Part shown: positions 1 through 9,931 of the stretch, in pieces
Position numbering within the stretch: the first letter of the stretch is position 1
Layout: each line of letters starts with the position of its first letter
DNA from: Escherichia coli
GTDB lineage: Bacteria > Pseudomonadota > Gammaproteobacteria > Enterobacterales > Enterobacteriaceae
DNA: 64,000 nucleotides
Assembly (NCBI RefSeq): GCF_051903065.1
Contig: NZ_CP178438.1
Strand: one strand, 5' to 3'
Program-made: the position numbers and the translations under genes
The notes under the pieces: generated by a model
Seen by the model: the letters and a program-made list of their open reading frames with translations, nothing else
What the model was told of the DNA's origin: nothing
The model's database searches: none

Positions 1-1
1 C

Positions 2-1450
2 GACTTAAACCCTAACGTCGCCAACCGCAACAAAGGCCCACGCCGTCAGCCGGAAAAGAATGTTTTCACCGATGAACAGATTGAGAAGCTGGAAGAAATC
101 TTCCATTCCTCCATGTTCAACTACCAGCGCCACTGGTGGGAAGCCGGAAAAACCAACCGCATCCGCAACCTGCTGAAGTCACGCCAGATCGGCGCAACCT
201 TCTATTTTGCCCGTGAAGCCCTGATTGACGCCCTGCTGACCGGACGTAACCAGATTTTCCTTTCCGCCAGCAAGGCACAGGCCCACGTCTTTAAGCAGTA
301 CATCATCGACTTCGCCAAAGAAGTGGAGGTGGAGCTGAAAGGTGATCCGATGGTGCTTCCTAACGGTGCCACGCTTTACTTCCTCGGCACCAATGCCCGC
401 ACTGCCCAGAGTTATCACGGCAACCTGTATCTGGATGAATATTTCTGGATACCGAAATTTCAGGAGCTGCGCAAAGTGGCTTCCGGTATGGCTATTCACA
501 AAAAATGGCGACAAACCTATTTTTCCACGCCATCCAGCCTGACACACAGTGCTTATCCGTTCTGGTCCGGTGCGCTGTTCAACCGTGGACGCAACAAAGC
601 CGACAAGGTGGACATCGACCTGTCCCACAGCAATCTGGCCCCCGGCCTGCTGTGCGCAGACGGGCAATACCGCCAGATAGTCACCGTGGAAGATGCGGTG
701 CGCGGCGGCTGTAACCTGTTCGACCTCGACCAGCTACGCATGGAGTACAGCCCGGACGAATACCAGAACCTGCTGATGTGCGAGTTCGTGGACGATCTCG
801 CGTCCGTGTTCCCGCTCAGCGAACTGCAGGCGTGCATGGTGGACAGTTGGGAAGTCTGGACCGACTTTCATGCACTGGCCCTGCGCCCGTTTGGCTGGCG
901 CGAGGTGTGGATCGGTTATGACCCGGCAAAAGGTACGCAGAACGGCGACAGCGCCGGATGCGTGGTGGTGGCACCGCCAGCCGTGCCAGGCGGTAAGTTT
1001 CGCATTCTTGAGCGTCACCAGTGGCGCGGGATGGACTTCCGCGCCCAGGCTGACGCCATCAAAAAACTGACCGAACAGTACAACGTGACCTATATCGGCA
1101 TCGACTCGACAGGTGTCGGTCACGGGGTTTACGAGAACGTGAAAGCGTTCTTTCCTGCCGTCCGGGAGTTTGTCTACAACCCCAACGTTAAAAACGCCCT
1201 GGTACTCAAAGCCTACGACATTATCAGTCACCGTCGTCTGGAGTTTGACGCCGGACACACCGACATAGCGCAGTCATTTATGGCAATCCGTCGCGCCACC
1301 ACCGCCAGTGGCAACCGCCCGACCTATGAAGCCAGCCGCAGCGAAGAAGCCAGCCACGCCGATCTGGCCTGGGCAACGATGCACGCACTGTTTAACGAAC
1401 CGCTGCAGGGCGAGTCCGCCAATACCAGCAATATTGTGGAGATTTTTTGA
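2..1450 (+). CDS. Phage terminase large (ATPase) subunit, P2 gpP-like; 5' end lies off the window (reading frame open to position 2)
   Basis: Translation shows a terminase-type ATPase N-region (KSRQIGATFYFAREA) and no in-frame stop upstream of 113; gene order P then Q as in P2-family phages. Confidence 0.8.
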   Translation, partial: DLNPNVANRNKGPRRQPEKNVFTDEQIEKLEEIFHSSMFNYQRHWWEAGKTNRIRNLLKSRQIGATFYFAREALIDALLTGRNQIFLSASKAQAHVFKQYIIDFAKEVEVELKGDPMVLPNGATLYFLGTNARTAQSYHGNLYLDEYFWIPKFQELRKVASGMAIHKKWRQTYFSTPSSLTHSAYPFWSGALFNRGRNKADKVDIDLSHSNLAPGLLCADGQYRQIVTVEDAVRGGCNLFDLDQLRMEYSPDEYQNLLMCEFVDDLASVFPLSELQACMVDSWEVWTDFHALALRPFGWREVWIGYDPAKGTQNGDSAGCVVVAPPAVPGGKFRILERHQWRGMDFRAQADAIKKLTEQYNVTYIGIDSTGVGHGVYENVKAFFPAVREFVYNPNVKNALVLKAYDIISHRRLEFDAGHTDIAQSFMAIRRATTASGNRPTYEASRSEEASHADLAWATMHALFNEPLQGESANTSNIVEIF

Positions 1451-2475
1451 TGGGAAAGAGTAAGAAAAACCGCGCTGCGGCGACGAATCAGCTCAAGCAT
1501 AAAAGCCAAACTTCAGCCGAAGCATTCAGCTTCGGTGATCCCATTCCAGTACTTGACCGCCGCGAACTGCTGGACTATGTGGAATGCGTACAGACGGATC
1601 GCTGGTATGAGCCACCCGTAAGTTTTGACGGACTGGCGCGAACATTCCGCGCCGCCGTTCACCACAGCTCACCGATTGCAGTGAAATGCAACATTCTGAC
1701 CAGTACCTACATCCCTCACCCGCTGCTCAGCCAGCAGGCTTTTTCGCGTTTTGTGCAGGACTATCTGGTTTTTGGTAACGCCTACCTGGAGAAACGCACG
1801 AACCGGTTCGGTGAAGTGATCGCCATTGAGCCTGCTCTGGCAAAATACACCCGACGCGGGTTAGACCTTGATACCTACTGGTTTGTGCAATACGGTATGA
1901 CAACCCAGCCGTATCAGTTCACGAAAGGCAACATTTTTCATCTGATGGAACCTGACATTAACCAGGAGATCTACGGCCTGCCCAGCTATCTTTCTGCTAT
2001 TCCGTCCGCCCTGCTCAACGAGTCCGCCACGCTGTTCCGCCGCAAGTATTACATTAACGGCAGCCATGCAGGTTTCATCATGTACATGACCGATGCCGCG
2101 CAGAACCAGGAGGATGTGAACAACCTCCGCAACGCGATGAAAAGCGCCAAAGGTCCAGGCAATTTCCGCAACCTGTTTATGTACTCGCCTAACGGCAAAA
2201 AAGACGGACTTCAGATCATTCCTCTGTCTGAAGTCGCGGCGAAGGATGAGTTTTTAAACATCAAGAACGTGAGCCGGGACGATATGATGGCTGCGCATCG
2301 TGTTCCGCCACAGATGATGGGGATCATGCCGAATAATGTTGGGGGGTTTGGGGATGTGGAGAAGGCCAGCCGCGTGTTTGTCCGAAATGAATTGATGCCG
2401 CTTCAAAAATGTCTTGAAGGTATCAATTGTTGGCTAGATGCAGATGTAATAAAGTTTAACCAATACATTTTGTAA
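1447..2475 (+). CDS. Phage portal (capsid) protein, P2 gpQ-like
   Basis: 342-aa ORF immediately downstream of and overlapping the terminase gene; size and position match P2 Q. Confidence 0.75.
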   Translation: MMGKSKKNRAAATNQLKHKSQTSAEAFSFGDPIPVLDRRELLDYVECVQTDRWYEPPVSFDGLARTFRAAVHHSSPIAVKCNILTSTYIPHPLLSQQAFSRFVQDYLVFGNAYLEKRTNRFGEVIAIEPALAKYTRRGLDLDTYWFVQYGMTTQPYQFTKGNIFHLMEPDINQEIYGLPSYLSAIPSALLNESATLFRRKYYINGSHAGFIMYMTDAAQNQEDVNNLRNAMKSAKGPGNFRNLFMYSPNGKKDGLQIIPLSEVAAKDEFLNIKNVSRDDMMAAHRVPPQMMGIMPNNVGGFGDVEKASRVFVRNELMPLQKCLEGINCWLDADVIKFNQYIL

Positions 2476-2486
2476 ATTCCTTCGGT

Positions 2487-2511
2487 AAAAGGCCGCTATG
2501 CGGCCTTTTTT
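2487..2511. terminator. Bidirectional hairpin terminator between portal gene and convergent cargo gene
   Basis: ggccgc-tat-gcggcc stem-loop flanked by A-run and T-run. Confidence 0.6.
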
Positions 2512-3202
2512 AATTTGCGTCATCATTTTTTTTATTTTCTAAAGACTCAATATACCCTCGCAAATTAAATTCTTTATTTTCTCTGAGTTTAGGTCCTTCT
2601 TTAGTATCTGAGCCTCGTTGCTCACGTAAACTTTTATTCAAAGCATCGATCAATTCTTGTCTAGAGATTTCCGTTGCAATTAACCCATCAAAATATCTCT
2701 TCATTTTTCTCGCGCTCTCGGTTACTTTAACAACTTCAAAACCAAGGCAGAGCAAATAAATTAGCGTTGTTATTGTAAATCCAGTATCTACAGAGATAAA
2801 ATAGCCAATATCGAGCACTTTCTTAAGTGATTCCAAGGGCATAACCATGCACAATAAAACCAAAAGCAAACCAGTGCCAAGATATAAATAAGTCATTGAG
2901 TTTCTTTCAATCAGCTTGAAGTACTCATCTCTCTGACCTTCAAAGCTAGCAACAATCTTAGGGGGTGTTTTTTTTGGAAGATCGAGGTCTCGAATTTTAT
3001 CCTGAAGATCTACGTATCTTTTAATAAGTAAACCGACTATGGCAGCAGTGATTAATGAAAGCGTTTTCGATAAAATATTGCCCATTTCCACGAGCACATT
3101 TAATTTATAATTAATCAGATATACTACACTCGATGCCAATACTCCACTTAAAATGGATAATATTATATAAAACGCATATCGCTCCACTCGATTTTTAATC
3201 AT
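2510..3202 (-). CDS. Hypothetical 4-TM membrane protein (candidate effector of a two-gene cargo cassette)
   Basis: 230-aa ORF with about four hydrophobic helices and a charged C-terminal tail; AT-rich; overlaps upstream gene by 4 bp. Confidence 0.6.
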   Translation of the reverse strand: MIKNRVERYAFYIILSILSGVLASSVVYLINYKLNVLVEMGNILSKTLSLITAAIVGLLIKRYVDLQDKIRDLDLPKKTPPKIVASFEGQRDEYFKLIERNSMTYLYLGTGLLLVLLCMVMPLESLKKVLDIGYFISVDTGFTITTLIYLLCLGFEVVKVTESARKMKRYFDGLIATEISRQELIDALNKSLREQRGSDTKEGPKLRENKEFNLRGYIESLENKKNDDAN

Positions 3203-4188
3203 GGATTTATTACCCCATCAGCTAACAATCTGAGCAACCACTCTACCATTTCCTCACAAACGCTATCAATAACAGGCATCCCATTATTATATTCAATATT
3301 GACGGTGTCTTTTATTTGTATTTCGTCATTTCTTAAAATACCTGCGCCTTTTAACTCTATGGTTAATGCTTCATCACGGTTATCGATAAGAGCCTCCGTA
3401 ATTTTCCTTAAAATATTTTGTTCCTCATCATTAGCTTTATATTTATACCCTATAGAAACATCTATCGTTAAATGTTCTCGAGACATGTCAACTGAAACAT
3501 CCTGTGATGCATTGTGTTTACGCAACACATCAACTCTGTGCTCACCGATAAGAGATTTCAATAATTCACTAGCGACATCATCTACTCCATCTCCATAAGA
3601 GGATAGAGGCAGCTTCAAGCTTACATTTTTTACATTGCTACGCATCAGCAATTCATTAGTCAAACGTAAATTTCCTGCTTGTAATATAATAAAGTTATCA
3701 ACATCAACCCTTAGATTATCCTTCAAAATGTAATTAATATAATTTTCAATATCTTTAATTCTAATTGCACGACTTTGCAATATTATTACATGATTTTTGA
3801 CAATCCCGATATATGCAACACTATCTAAATATTCTTTCGGAACACTTCCAGTAAGCTTTAATGCTTCATAAGCCAATCGATTTTTTTTATATTCTGAAAC
3901 ATCAAAAACTGGCACACTATTCCCTGGCTCAATATAAACTATTTCACCAAAAAATATACCATTCCGTTCGAAGGAATCAGATAAAACCATGTGCGCGTGG
4001 CTGCTAACACAAGGGTCACTATCTCCAGTTTCAAGATAGTAAATTCTGTCCTCAACGGTTGGAAACTTGTGATTAACAATTTCGTTCATACGATTCTGCA
4101 AATCACTTGCTAAAAGAGCATCCTTTTTAGGAAGCATTACTGCGTGTCGATAGTGTAACGCTTTAACTTTTGAGGGATTACTGGCCAT
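3199..4188 (-). CDS. Hypothetical soluble protein (candidate sensor partner of the 4-TM protein); alternative TTG start at 4230
   Basis: ORF 3199..4230 in track; the ATG at 4188 (MASNPSKV) has a GGA 7 nt upstream; AT-rich; no family recognised. Confidence 0.55.
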   Translation of the reverse strand: MASNPSKVKALHYRHAVMLPKKDALLASDLQNRMNEIVNHKFPTVEDRIYYLETGDSDPCVSSHAHMVLSDSFERNGIFFGEIVYIEPGNSVPVFDVSEYKKNRLAYEALKLTGSVPKEYLDSVAYIGIVKNHVIILQSRAIRIKDIENYINYILKDNLRVDVDNFIILQAGNLRLTNELLMRSNVKNVSLKLPLSSYGDGVDDVASELLKSLIGEHRVDVLRKHNASQDVSVDMSREHLTIDVSIGYKYKANDEEQNILRKITEALIDNRDEALTIELKGAGILRNDEIQIKDTVNIEYNNGMPVIDSVCEEMVEWLLRLLADGVINP

Positions 4189-4270
4189 GAAACATCCATT
4201 ATTAATCTTAGATTTAGTGATATGGAACAATCATACAATCTGTTAATTTTTCTTGCCACAACTCCTTTTC

Positions 4271-4300
4271 GCGCGCTCGTATCCCCGCCACGCCTGCCCG
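4271..4300 (-). other. Putative phage cos site (cohesive-end region)
   Basis: Reverse complement reads GGCGTGGCGGGGATACGAG, resembling the P2/186 cohesive-end sequence as recalled from memory. Confidence 0.35.
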
Positions 4301-4498
4301 CTTTATGTAGTGGTTTTCATGCAGGTGCATGATCTACGCAAAAGCCCGCCAGTTCTGGCGGGCCTTAGCAAAAACGATCCTCAAACGATCATGCGATCTC
4401 ATGCGGCATAGACATGCACTACAGAGCTAACGCCTCGCAAGGGCTCGTTGTTCAACCTTGCTGACGCCAGAAACAAGTTCAGACGCCAGCAACGTTTC

Positions 4499-4732
4499 TT
4501 AATGCAGCCAGCTGTCGTCTTCCCACACCTTCTGCATAATTTTCATCACTTGTTTTCTTTCTTCGTCCAGTTGCAGTCCGGTCAGTTCCACACCGTTAGA
4601 GCTACCTTTGCGGATACGAATTACCGTTTTGGGATACAGGGGGCGCAGATTGCGGTAAAGCTCGGATTCAAGGGCGTCCAGTGTAGACTGGCTAATCTTC
4701 TGCTCTTTATCGATCATTATTTCAATGCGCAT
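4499..4732 (-). CDS. DinI-like protein (possibly the C-terminal part of a frameshifted tum-like antirepressor gene)
   Basis: Translation MRIEIMIDKEQ...WEDDSWLH resembles the DinI family; the longer ORF 4499..4804 overlaps the upstream small ORF in another frame. Confidence 0.6.
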   Translation of the reverse strand: MRIEIMIDKEQKISQSTLDALESELYRNLRPLYPKTVIRIRKGSSNGVELTGLQLDEERKQVMKIMQKVWEDDSWLH

Positions 4733-4742
4733 AAAAGTCACC

Positions 4743-4931
4743 TCAGCTGATGACATCCATTGAGCGGTTGTATTCGTGGGTTCTGATTTTTGCCATGAGT
4801 TCATCTGTCAGTTCAGAAACCCACTGCAGAGCCAGCCCCTTCTCTTCATCACTACACTCACTAGCCGCTACAAGCTTAAGAAAAAAATCAATGCGCTGGA
4901 GCTTCAAAGACTCCAAAAAATAGTCCTGCAT
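4743..4931 (-). CDS. Small SOS-regulated ORF (possible N-terminal part of a tum-like gene)
   Basis: 62-aa ORF directly downstream of a LexA box; with the DinI-like ORF spans about 144 codons. Confidence 0.4.
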   Translation of the reverse strand: MQDYFLESLKLQRIDFFLKLVAASECSDEEKGLALQWVSELTDELMAKIRTHEYNRSMDVIS

Positions 4932-4972
4932 CTTTCCTCCTATGACACCAAAGCAATACTGTATATATAATC

Positions 4973-4992
4973 ACTGTTTATATTTACAGTAT
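4973..4992. promoter_or_regulatory. LexA (SOS) box upstream of the tum/DinI-like operon
   Basis: CTGT-N8-ACAG core (ctgtttatatttacag) at 4974..4989 in an AT-rich promoter region, preceded by a CTGT half-site. Confidence 0.6.
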
Positions 4993-5083
4993 ATAATAAT
5001 CTTACTGATGTAAAACGTTTTTTTACGTTCATCAGCCTGATATGCCTGGTATTATTAAGAGCACGAATTGTTAACCCGCGTAA

Positions 5084-7498
5084 TTAATACAGGTTTCGCC
5101 ACTTATCATCTTCCTGCAAACGCTGGTTCCGATAGAAGATACGCAGGCCTGCTCCTGACGGAATACTGCCACCGCGAAGGAGTAAATCGACCTCTTTCTC
5201 GCTGCCATCAAATCCTCTGGACTTCAGTTCATAGACGAGCTGCTGTCGCTGATGATCTGTAATTCGCTGTTTGTAGTCTTTACGCCGTTTCGGCTTAACC
5301 AGGCGTAACCTTGCTGCCAGTTCCCGGCGCTCTTTTTTGCTCATACTGTGCAGATAATCGTGCAACTCCTTGTCATCCATGCGGGTAATATCCGTTCTGG
5401 TGTCCCCATCAGCTGATTTATCTTTCTCCTGTTGGTTCAAATTTTCAGCAAGGGGACAGTTATTGCCACGAGTCCAAGGGGCGCAAGCGCCCTGGTCGGC
5501 TACCGCCTCCTGAACGTCAACGGCTTTACGAACCATTTTCCACTTCACTGCATGAGTGCAGATCTTGCCCTCTGCAATGGGTGACCAGATGCCATAAATA
5601 CGAATGCCGTGATCGCCATAGGCGGTCGGCTCTTCGTTAATTTCATAAGCAGTTCTGATGAGGTGATATTTGCGGGGAACCAGTACGCCACCCTGCTTCA
5701 TGATGTAAGTGGCAAAACAACCAGCATCAGCAGCAGCCAGGATGGCATCAAGGCGCGGGTTATCCAGTACCGGCGCACCTGCTTTTTTGTCGCCCTGTTG
5801 CCTTGCCGCCTGACCAGCCAGCAATCGCAGTTCACGGTAAGCCTGACGCCCCGGAATACCAAAGAAGCGGAATTGCTGAACACGATGCAGAGACGCCCAG
5901 GCATTAACGTATTCAGCGTTATCACGCAGGGATTTACCCGTTTCCTTGCTGATCTCGCCAGCCAGACCACGCCCGTCAATGTTCTTACTAATGTATTTCG
6001 CAATGTAGCTTGTCGGCGTTCCTTTGCGCGGGTTTATCAGCTCAGACTTAAAGCGTGGCCCCGTGTTATTGCCCAGCTCCTCGCGGTCTTCACGGATGGC
6101 AAACTTACGCAACAATGCAGTAATGGCGCGGCGGTCTTTTTTGCGCATGAAACACAACAGGTGCCAGTGAACTGTGCCGTCATGATGCGGCTCAGCCACC
6201 CGCACGCCATACCAGCGCAACCCGGCTTTGTGCATAGCCTTACGAAATGCAGCAAACATGCCGACCAGATAATCGCTGCTTTGTCTTACTGTCGCGTTGG
6301 TCCAGGTCGGGTTTGGCCTGCCGTTATTTAGCGTGGAATGGAAACGTGACGGACAGGTGATGGTGTAGAAAACGGCGCAGTCACCACGCATTTCCGCGAT
6401 AAGCTCCAGGCCTTTAACACAGGCCATCATCTCGTTGCGGCGATGCGCCGGGTTGCTGCTGCTGGCGTTTACCACATCCTCCATGTTCAGCGTGTCGCCG
6501 TCTTCGTTCACCAGTTCATGAGAACGGAAAAACTCCAGCGACTTACGGCGCTGCTCACGTTTATGCATCACGGCTTCATAGCTAACATAGGGAGATGCTT
6601 TTTTGCTGACCAGGCAGACAGCACGCAACTGCTCTTCCCGCAATTCGCAACGCATCTTCCATAATTTCCGATACCACCAGTCGGCGCACAGCATACGCGC
6701 CAGCGAACCCGGAATGAGTTCATAAGGCACAGGTTTGCGGCGGTTTCTTTTCCGGCGGAGTTGCTCAAACGCAGGCGGTATGACATCCAGTCGCAGGGTT
6801 TCTGCAGCCACCTTTTCCCATGTCTTGCGGATTTCTTCTGGCTTAACATCATCGGAGGCGTACAAATCACCACAAGCGGCATCAAGACACATGCTCATAT
6901 GCGCAGCGACAAGGGTAGACAGGCGTTTCACCTGATCCTGACTCATTTCAGGCAGGATCAGCAGACCGTCCAGCCCCTCATGGCTTGCCATAAAACGAAA
7001 AGATGCAGATAGCTGGCTGTCGCGTACATGCTCCAGTCGTTCCAGACATGGCTTAATCGTCTCACGCAAATAGCGGGAATAAGCCTTTGGCCTGCCCATG
7101 CTGCTGAAATATTCAATACGTTGCATCAGCGGCTTGCTGATATGGGAAGGCTGGGCGTTGACGTCAGCCAGAATGACCATGTCTGGATTAAAACGCTGCT
7201 GCTCATGCGCCATCTTTGCCCGGCTAATGAGCTTATCCTGCTCCATTTCGCGTTGGACAGGATCACGGGATTCATTAAAGAAATAATGCTCCCAGACCTG
7301 ATCACTCAGTGCCTCGCGGCGCAGTTGTTCCTGCTCGTTATCGGTAGCGTACAGAGTGATCAGGTTTGAAAGCGCAGAAACCGGCGCAACTTCCGCCGGG
7401 TCCAGATAAGGGTTAATGGCCTTTTTCGGGCTGTTCCATGAGAACGCTGCGGCAGCCTCGTTAAAGCCGCAGCAGTTGTTCATATCGGCATGACTCAT
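5084..7498 (-). CDS. Phage replication initiation protein (P2/186 gene A-like rolling-circle endonuclease)
   Basis: 804-aa ORF in the early-operon position of P2-like phages. Confidence 0.75.
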   Translation of the reverse strand: MSHADMNNCCGFNEAAAAFSWNSPKKAINPYLDPAEVAPVSALSNLITLYATDNEQEQLRREALSDQVWEHYFFNESRDPVQREMEQDKLISRAKMAHEQQRFNPDMVILADVNAQPSHISKPLMQRIEYFSSMGRPKAYSRYLRETIKPCLERLEHVRDSQLSASFRFMASHEGLDGLLILPEMSQDQVKRLSTLVAAHMSMCLDAACGDLYASDDVKPEEIRKTWEKVAAETLRLDVIPPAFEQLRRKRNRRKPVPYELIPGSLARMLCADWWYRKLWKMRCELREEQLRAVCLVSKKASPYVSYEAVMHKREQRRKSLEFFRSHELVNEDGDTLNMEDVVNASSSNPAHRRNEMMACVKGLELIAEMRGDCAVFYTITCPSRFHSTLNNGRPNPTWTNATVRQSSDYLVGMFAAFRKAMHKAGLRWYGVRVAEPHHDGTVHWHLLCFMRKKDRRAITALLRKFAIREDREELGNNTGPRFKSELINPRKGTPTSYIAKYISKNIDGRGLAGEISKETGKSLRDNAEYVNAWASLHRVQQFRFFGIPGRQAYRELRLLAGQAARQQGDKKAGAPVLDNPRLDAILAAADAGCFATYIMKQGGVLVPRKYHLIRTAYEINEEPTAYGDHGIRIYGIWSPIAEGKICTHAVKWKMVRKAVDVQEAVADQGACAPWTRGNNCPLAENLNQQEKDKSADGDTRTDITRMDDKELHDYLHSMSKKERRELAARLRLVKPKRRKDYKQRITDHQRQQLVYELKSRGFDGSEKEVDLLLRGGSIPSGAGLRIFYRNQRLQEDDKWRNLY

Positions 7499-8352
7499 GC
7501 ACGTACTCCGTACACGGCAGAACTATCCACGCCACGCGAATAATCAAATCCCACCCAGCAGCGCGGCCCGGAAACAGCAATGATTTCTGTTGCTGATTTA
7601 CCCTCGCCAGCTGCCACACCGATGCTGCGTTTTACCTTGATATAGTGGTGAATAAAATTGCGATACAGCGAACGGATCAGGGATGTGTCACTGTTAGAAA
7701 CAATGACCGGATGTCCTTCTGATGACCGATGTTCAAGAACGGATGCCAGGTGATACTGATCATCTTCAGTGAAACCATCAGTGTGATAGCCGGAAAACGT
7801 ACCGTCATACGGCGGATCGCAATACACCACATCCCCCGCCTTCAACATCGCCAGCGTTTCATCAAAGCTGGCGCAGATAAACGTTGCTCGCTGGGCTTTT
7901 TCTGCAAATGCGCGAATTTCTTTTTCAGGGAAATACGGATTTTTATAATTACCGTAGGGAATGTTGAAATGCCCGCTCTTGTTATAGCGACATAAACCAC
8001 GGTAACCGTGACGATTGAGATACAGGAAATATACCGCTTTCATGAAATCAGTAATTTCAGTTGAGTAATTAAACTCCTGCCTTATGTTGTAATAAGCCAC
8101 CTCCCTGTTTGCGATCTCAAATAAAACTCTGGCGCGAGATATAAACGATTCACAATCAGCAGCAACCTTTTTATAGAGGTTGATTAAATCAGGATTAATA
8201 TCCGCAACAAGATAGCTGGGGTACTCCGTCTCCATCATCACTGCACAGGAACCCGCGAAAGGTTCAACCAGTCGCGGGCCAGCAGGAAGGTGTTTTTTCA
8301 GTTCGGACATAATTGCGGTTTTATTTCCCGCCCATTTCAGGATGGTGCTCAT
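7495..8352 (-). CDS. DNA adenine methyltransferase (Dam-like, phage-encoded orphan MTase); start may lie further upstream at 8412
   Basis: ILKWAGNK N-terminal motif and DPPY catalytic motif in translation. Confidence 0.8.
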   Translation of the reverse strand: MSTILKWAGNKTAIMSELKKHLPAGPRLVEPFAGSCAVMMETEYPSYLVADINPDLINLYKKVAADCESFISRARVLFEIANREVAYYNIRQEFNYSTEITDFMKAVYFLYLNRHGYRGLCRYNKSGHFNIPYGNYKNPYFPEKEIRAFAEKAQRATFICASFDETLAMLKAGDVVYCDPPYDGTFSGYHTDGFTEDDQYHLASVLEHRSSEGHPVIVSNSDTSLIRSLYRNFIHHYIKVKRSIGVAAGEGKSATEIIAVSGPRCWVGFDYSRGVDSSAVYGVRA

Positions 8353-8576
8353 ACAGCACCTCCGTTGTAATGTTTGCCTTTCAGCTCTGCGATTTCCTGA
8401 CAGGTAATGCAAAGCTGCACTCCAGGAATGGCGCGGCGGCGTGCTGGCGGAATTGGCACTTCACATTCAATGCAAAGCACGCGAGACACGCCCGGTGTTT
8501 TGGCACGGGCAGCACGGATATGGCGCTGGCGTTCTTCTTCAACGCGCTGCTGTACGAGATCCATTGCATCAGCCAT
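8349..8576 (-). CDS. TraR/DksA-family C4 zinc-finger protein
   Basis: 75-aa ORF with CxxC...CxxC spacing (CIECEVPI...CITCQE). Confidence 0.6.
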   Translation of the reverse strand: MADAMDLVQQRVEEERQRHIRAARAKTPGVSRVLCIECEVPIPPARRRAIPGVQLCITCQEIAELKGKHYNGGAV

Positions 8577-8815
8577 TAGTGGATCTCCTGCGCTTCGTTC
8601 TGGATTGCTTCAGCGGTCACACGCAGCAGTTCTGCCGCTTCGACGTGGTTTAGCTGGCGGGATGTGATATGACACGCAAGACTATCAAGGCGGGCAGCCA
8701 TTGCTTCAGCCCTTGCCCGGCGTTCTTCCAGACGAGCCTCTGTCAGTAAAATATTAAGCCCTACGTCATCCGGTCCGGTTTTAGTCGTGAGGGTTTCAAT
8801 ATTACGCATAATCAA
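8576..8815 (-). CDS. Hypothetical prophage early protein
   Basis: 79-aa ORF in operon context, translationally coupled to neighbours. Confidence 0.4.
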   Translation of the reverse strand: MIMRNIETLTTKTGPDDVGLNILLTEARLEERRARAEAMAARLDSLACHITSRQLNHVEAAELLRVTAEAIQNEAQEIH

Positions 8816-8876
8816 TTCTCCTGAATTTAGATAAAGGGATGCCCGGCGGGTTTACGCCATTAATTTCATTAGTTGG

Positions 8877-9218
8877 TTAATTCGGCATGGTTAGCCGTCT
8901 GGGAAATAAGCTCACTACTGCACGAAAATGATTCATTGCTTTAATCAACTCCCGCTTTTCGTCAGTGGTCAGCTCATTAATGCTGATGCTATGACGTTCA
9001 GCTGGAATTTTTGCCATAAAGAATATGGCAGCCAGTGCCCGTTTATTTTGTTCGCTATTAATATCCCGTGGATCACGCATATCTTTAATAAACCGTTCAA
9101 GCTCTGACTCAATATTAAGACCAAAAACTTTCGCCCTTAACTCCGCAATATGATTAAGTCCATTCAGGCGTTCACCGGGGCTTAATGGAACAGTCGCCGC
9201 AGCGCCTTCAATAGCCAT
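8877..9218 (-). CDS. Hypothetical prophage early protein
   Basis: 113-aa ORF in early operon. Confidence 0.4.
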   Translation of the reverse strand: MAIEGAAATVPLSPGERLNGLNHIAELRAKVFGLNIESELERFIKDMRDPRDINSEQNKRALAAIFFMAKIPAERHSISINELTTDEKRELIKAMNHFRAVVSLFPRRLTMPN

Positions 9219-9412
9219 TTGTTCCCCCGTTTTTTCGTAGATAGTTCTGCCAGCAATTCATCTTGTGAACGGCACGGATGCCAGCGTTTACCATCCTCAC
9301 CCATGATCCAGCCGTGACCGTAGTGCATTGCCGGGCTTTGTTTAACCAGCAGCGATGCAAATGATGGTTCTTTCGTAAGCATAAGCACCTCACAGCAAAC
9401 CGAATGAAGCAC
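9182..9412 (-). CDS. Hypothetical prophage early protein
   Basis: 76-aa ORF downstream of the CII-like gene. Confidence 0.35.
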   Translation of the reverse strand: MLHSVCCEVLMLTKEPSFASLLVKQSPAMHYGHGWIMGEDGKRWHPCRSQDELLAELSTKKRGNKWLLKALRRLFH

Positions 9413-9899
9413 CGAGGCCAGTCACGGTATCAACTGCACTCGCCATCGCAGGGTTAGCCTGTAAACGGGCCTGCAGTGAAACAGCAGCCAGCGCCATCAG
9501 TCGTGTTACAGAGTTAATGCTGCTGATAGCATCACGACGACCTGCACTGGTTTTTACATCGCCAGATACCGCACCTGCAGCAACACGCCCGATCTCTGCG
9601 GTTGCACTCATGACGTAATGCGGCAGTTTCTCTTTTGCTACCTCATTAATCGGTACACATGGCAGGCAGTGAATCTGTGCCAGAAAACCATCTATCAGCG
9701 TTGAATCTTCAGTCAGATCGGTAAGCAGCCAGATTTCTGGCGCATTGAGCTGATGCGGTTGATCTGGGTTGAGTTTGTTTCGCAGAGTCTGGACATTCAT
9801 TCCTGCACGTTCTGCCAGCTTCGCCATATTGTGACGAAGTGCAAAAGCTCTACAGGCTTCATCAAAATGCGGGTGTTTGGAAATCTTATAATCAAACAT
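9390..9899 (-). CDS. cII: 186 CII-like transcriptional activator
   Basis: 169-aa translation closely resembles coliphage 186 CII as recalled (MFDYKISKHPHFDEACRAFA...GASFGLL). Confidence 0.7.
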   Translation of the reverse strand: MFDYKISKHPHFDEACRAFALRHNMAKLAERAGMNVQTLRNKLNPDQPHQLNAPEIWLLTDLTEDSTLIDGFLAQIHCLPCVPINEVAKEKLPHYVMSATAEIGRVAAGAVSGDVKTSAGRRDAISSINSVTRLMALAAVSLQARLQANPAMASAVDTVTGLGASFGLL

Positions 9900-9931
9900 G
9901 CTACCCCCTTAGAAAGTTCTCATAATTGAAC

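Noticed and set aside
2510-4230. Assignment of the two-gene cassette to Kiwa (KwaA/KwaB)
   Set aside because: Kiwa also pairs a 4-TM protein with a soluble protein, but as I recall the membrane gene comes first in Kiwa, whereas here the soluble gene is upstream; I cannot verify sequence similarity without a search, so I left it unassigned.
5609-6331. 240-aa plus-strand ORF
   Set aside because: Antisense within the phage replicase A gene.
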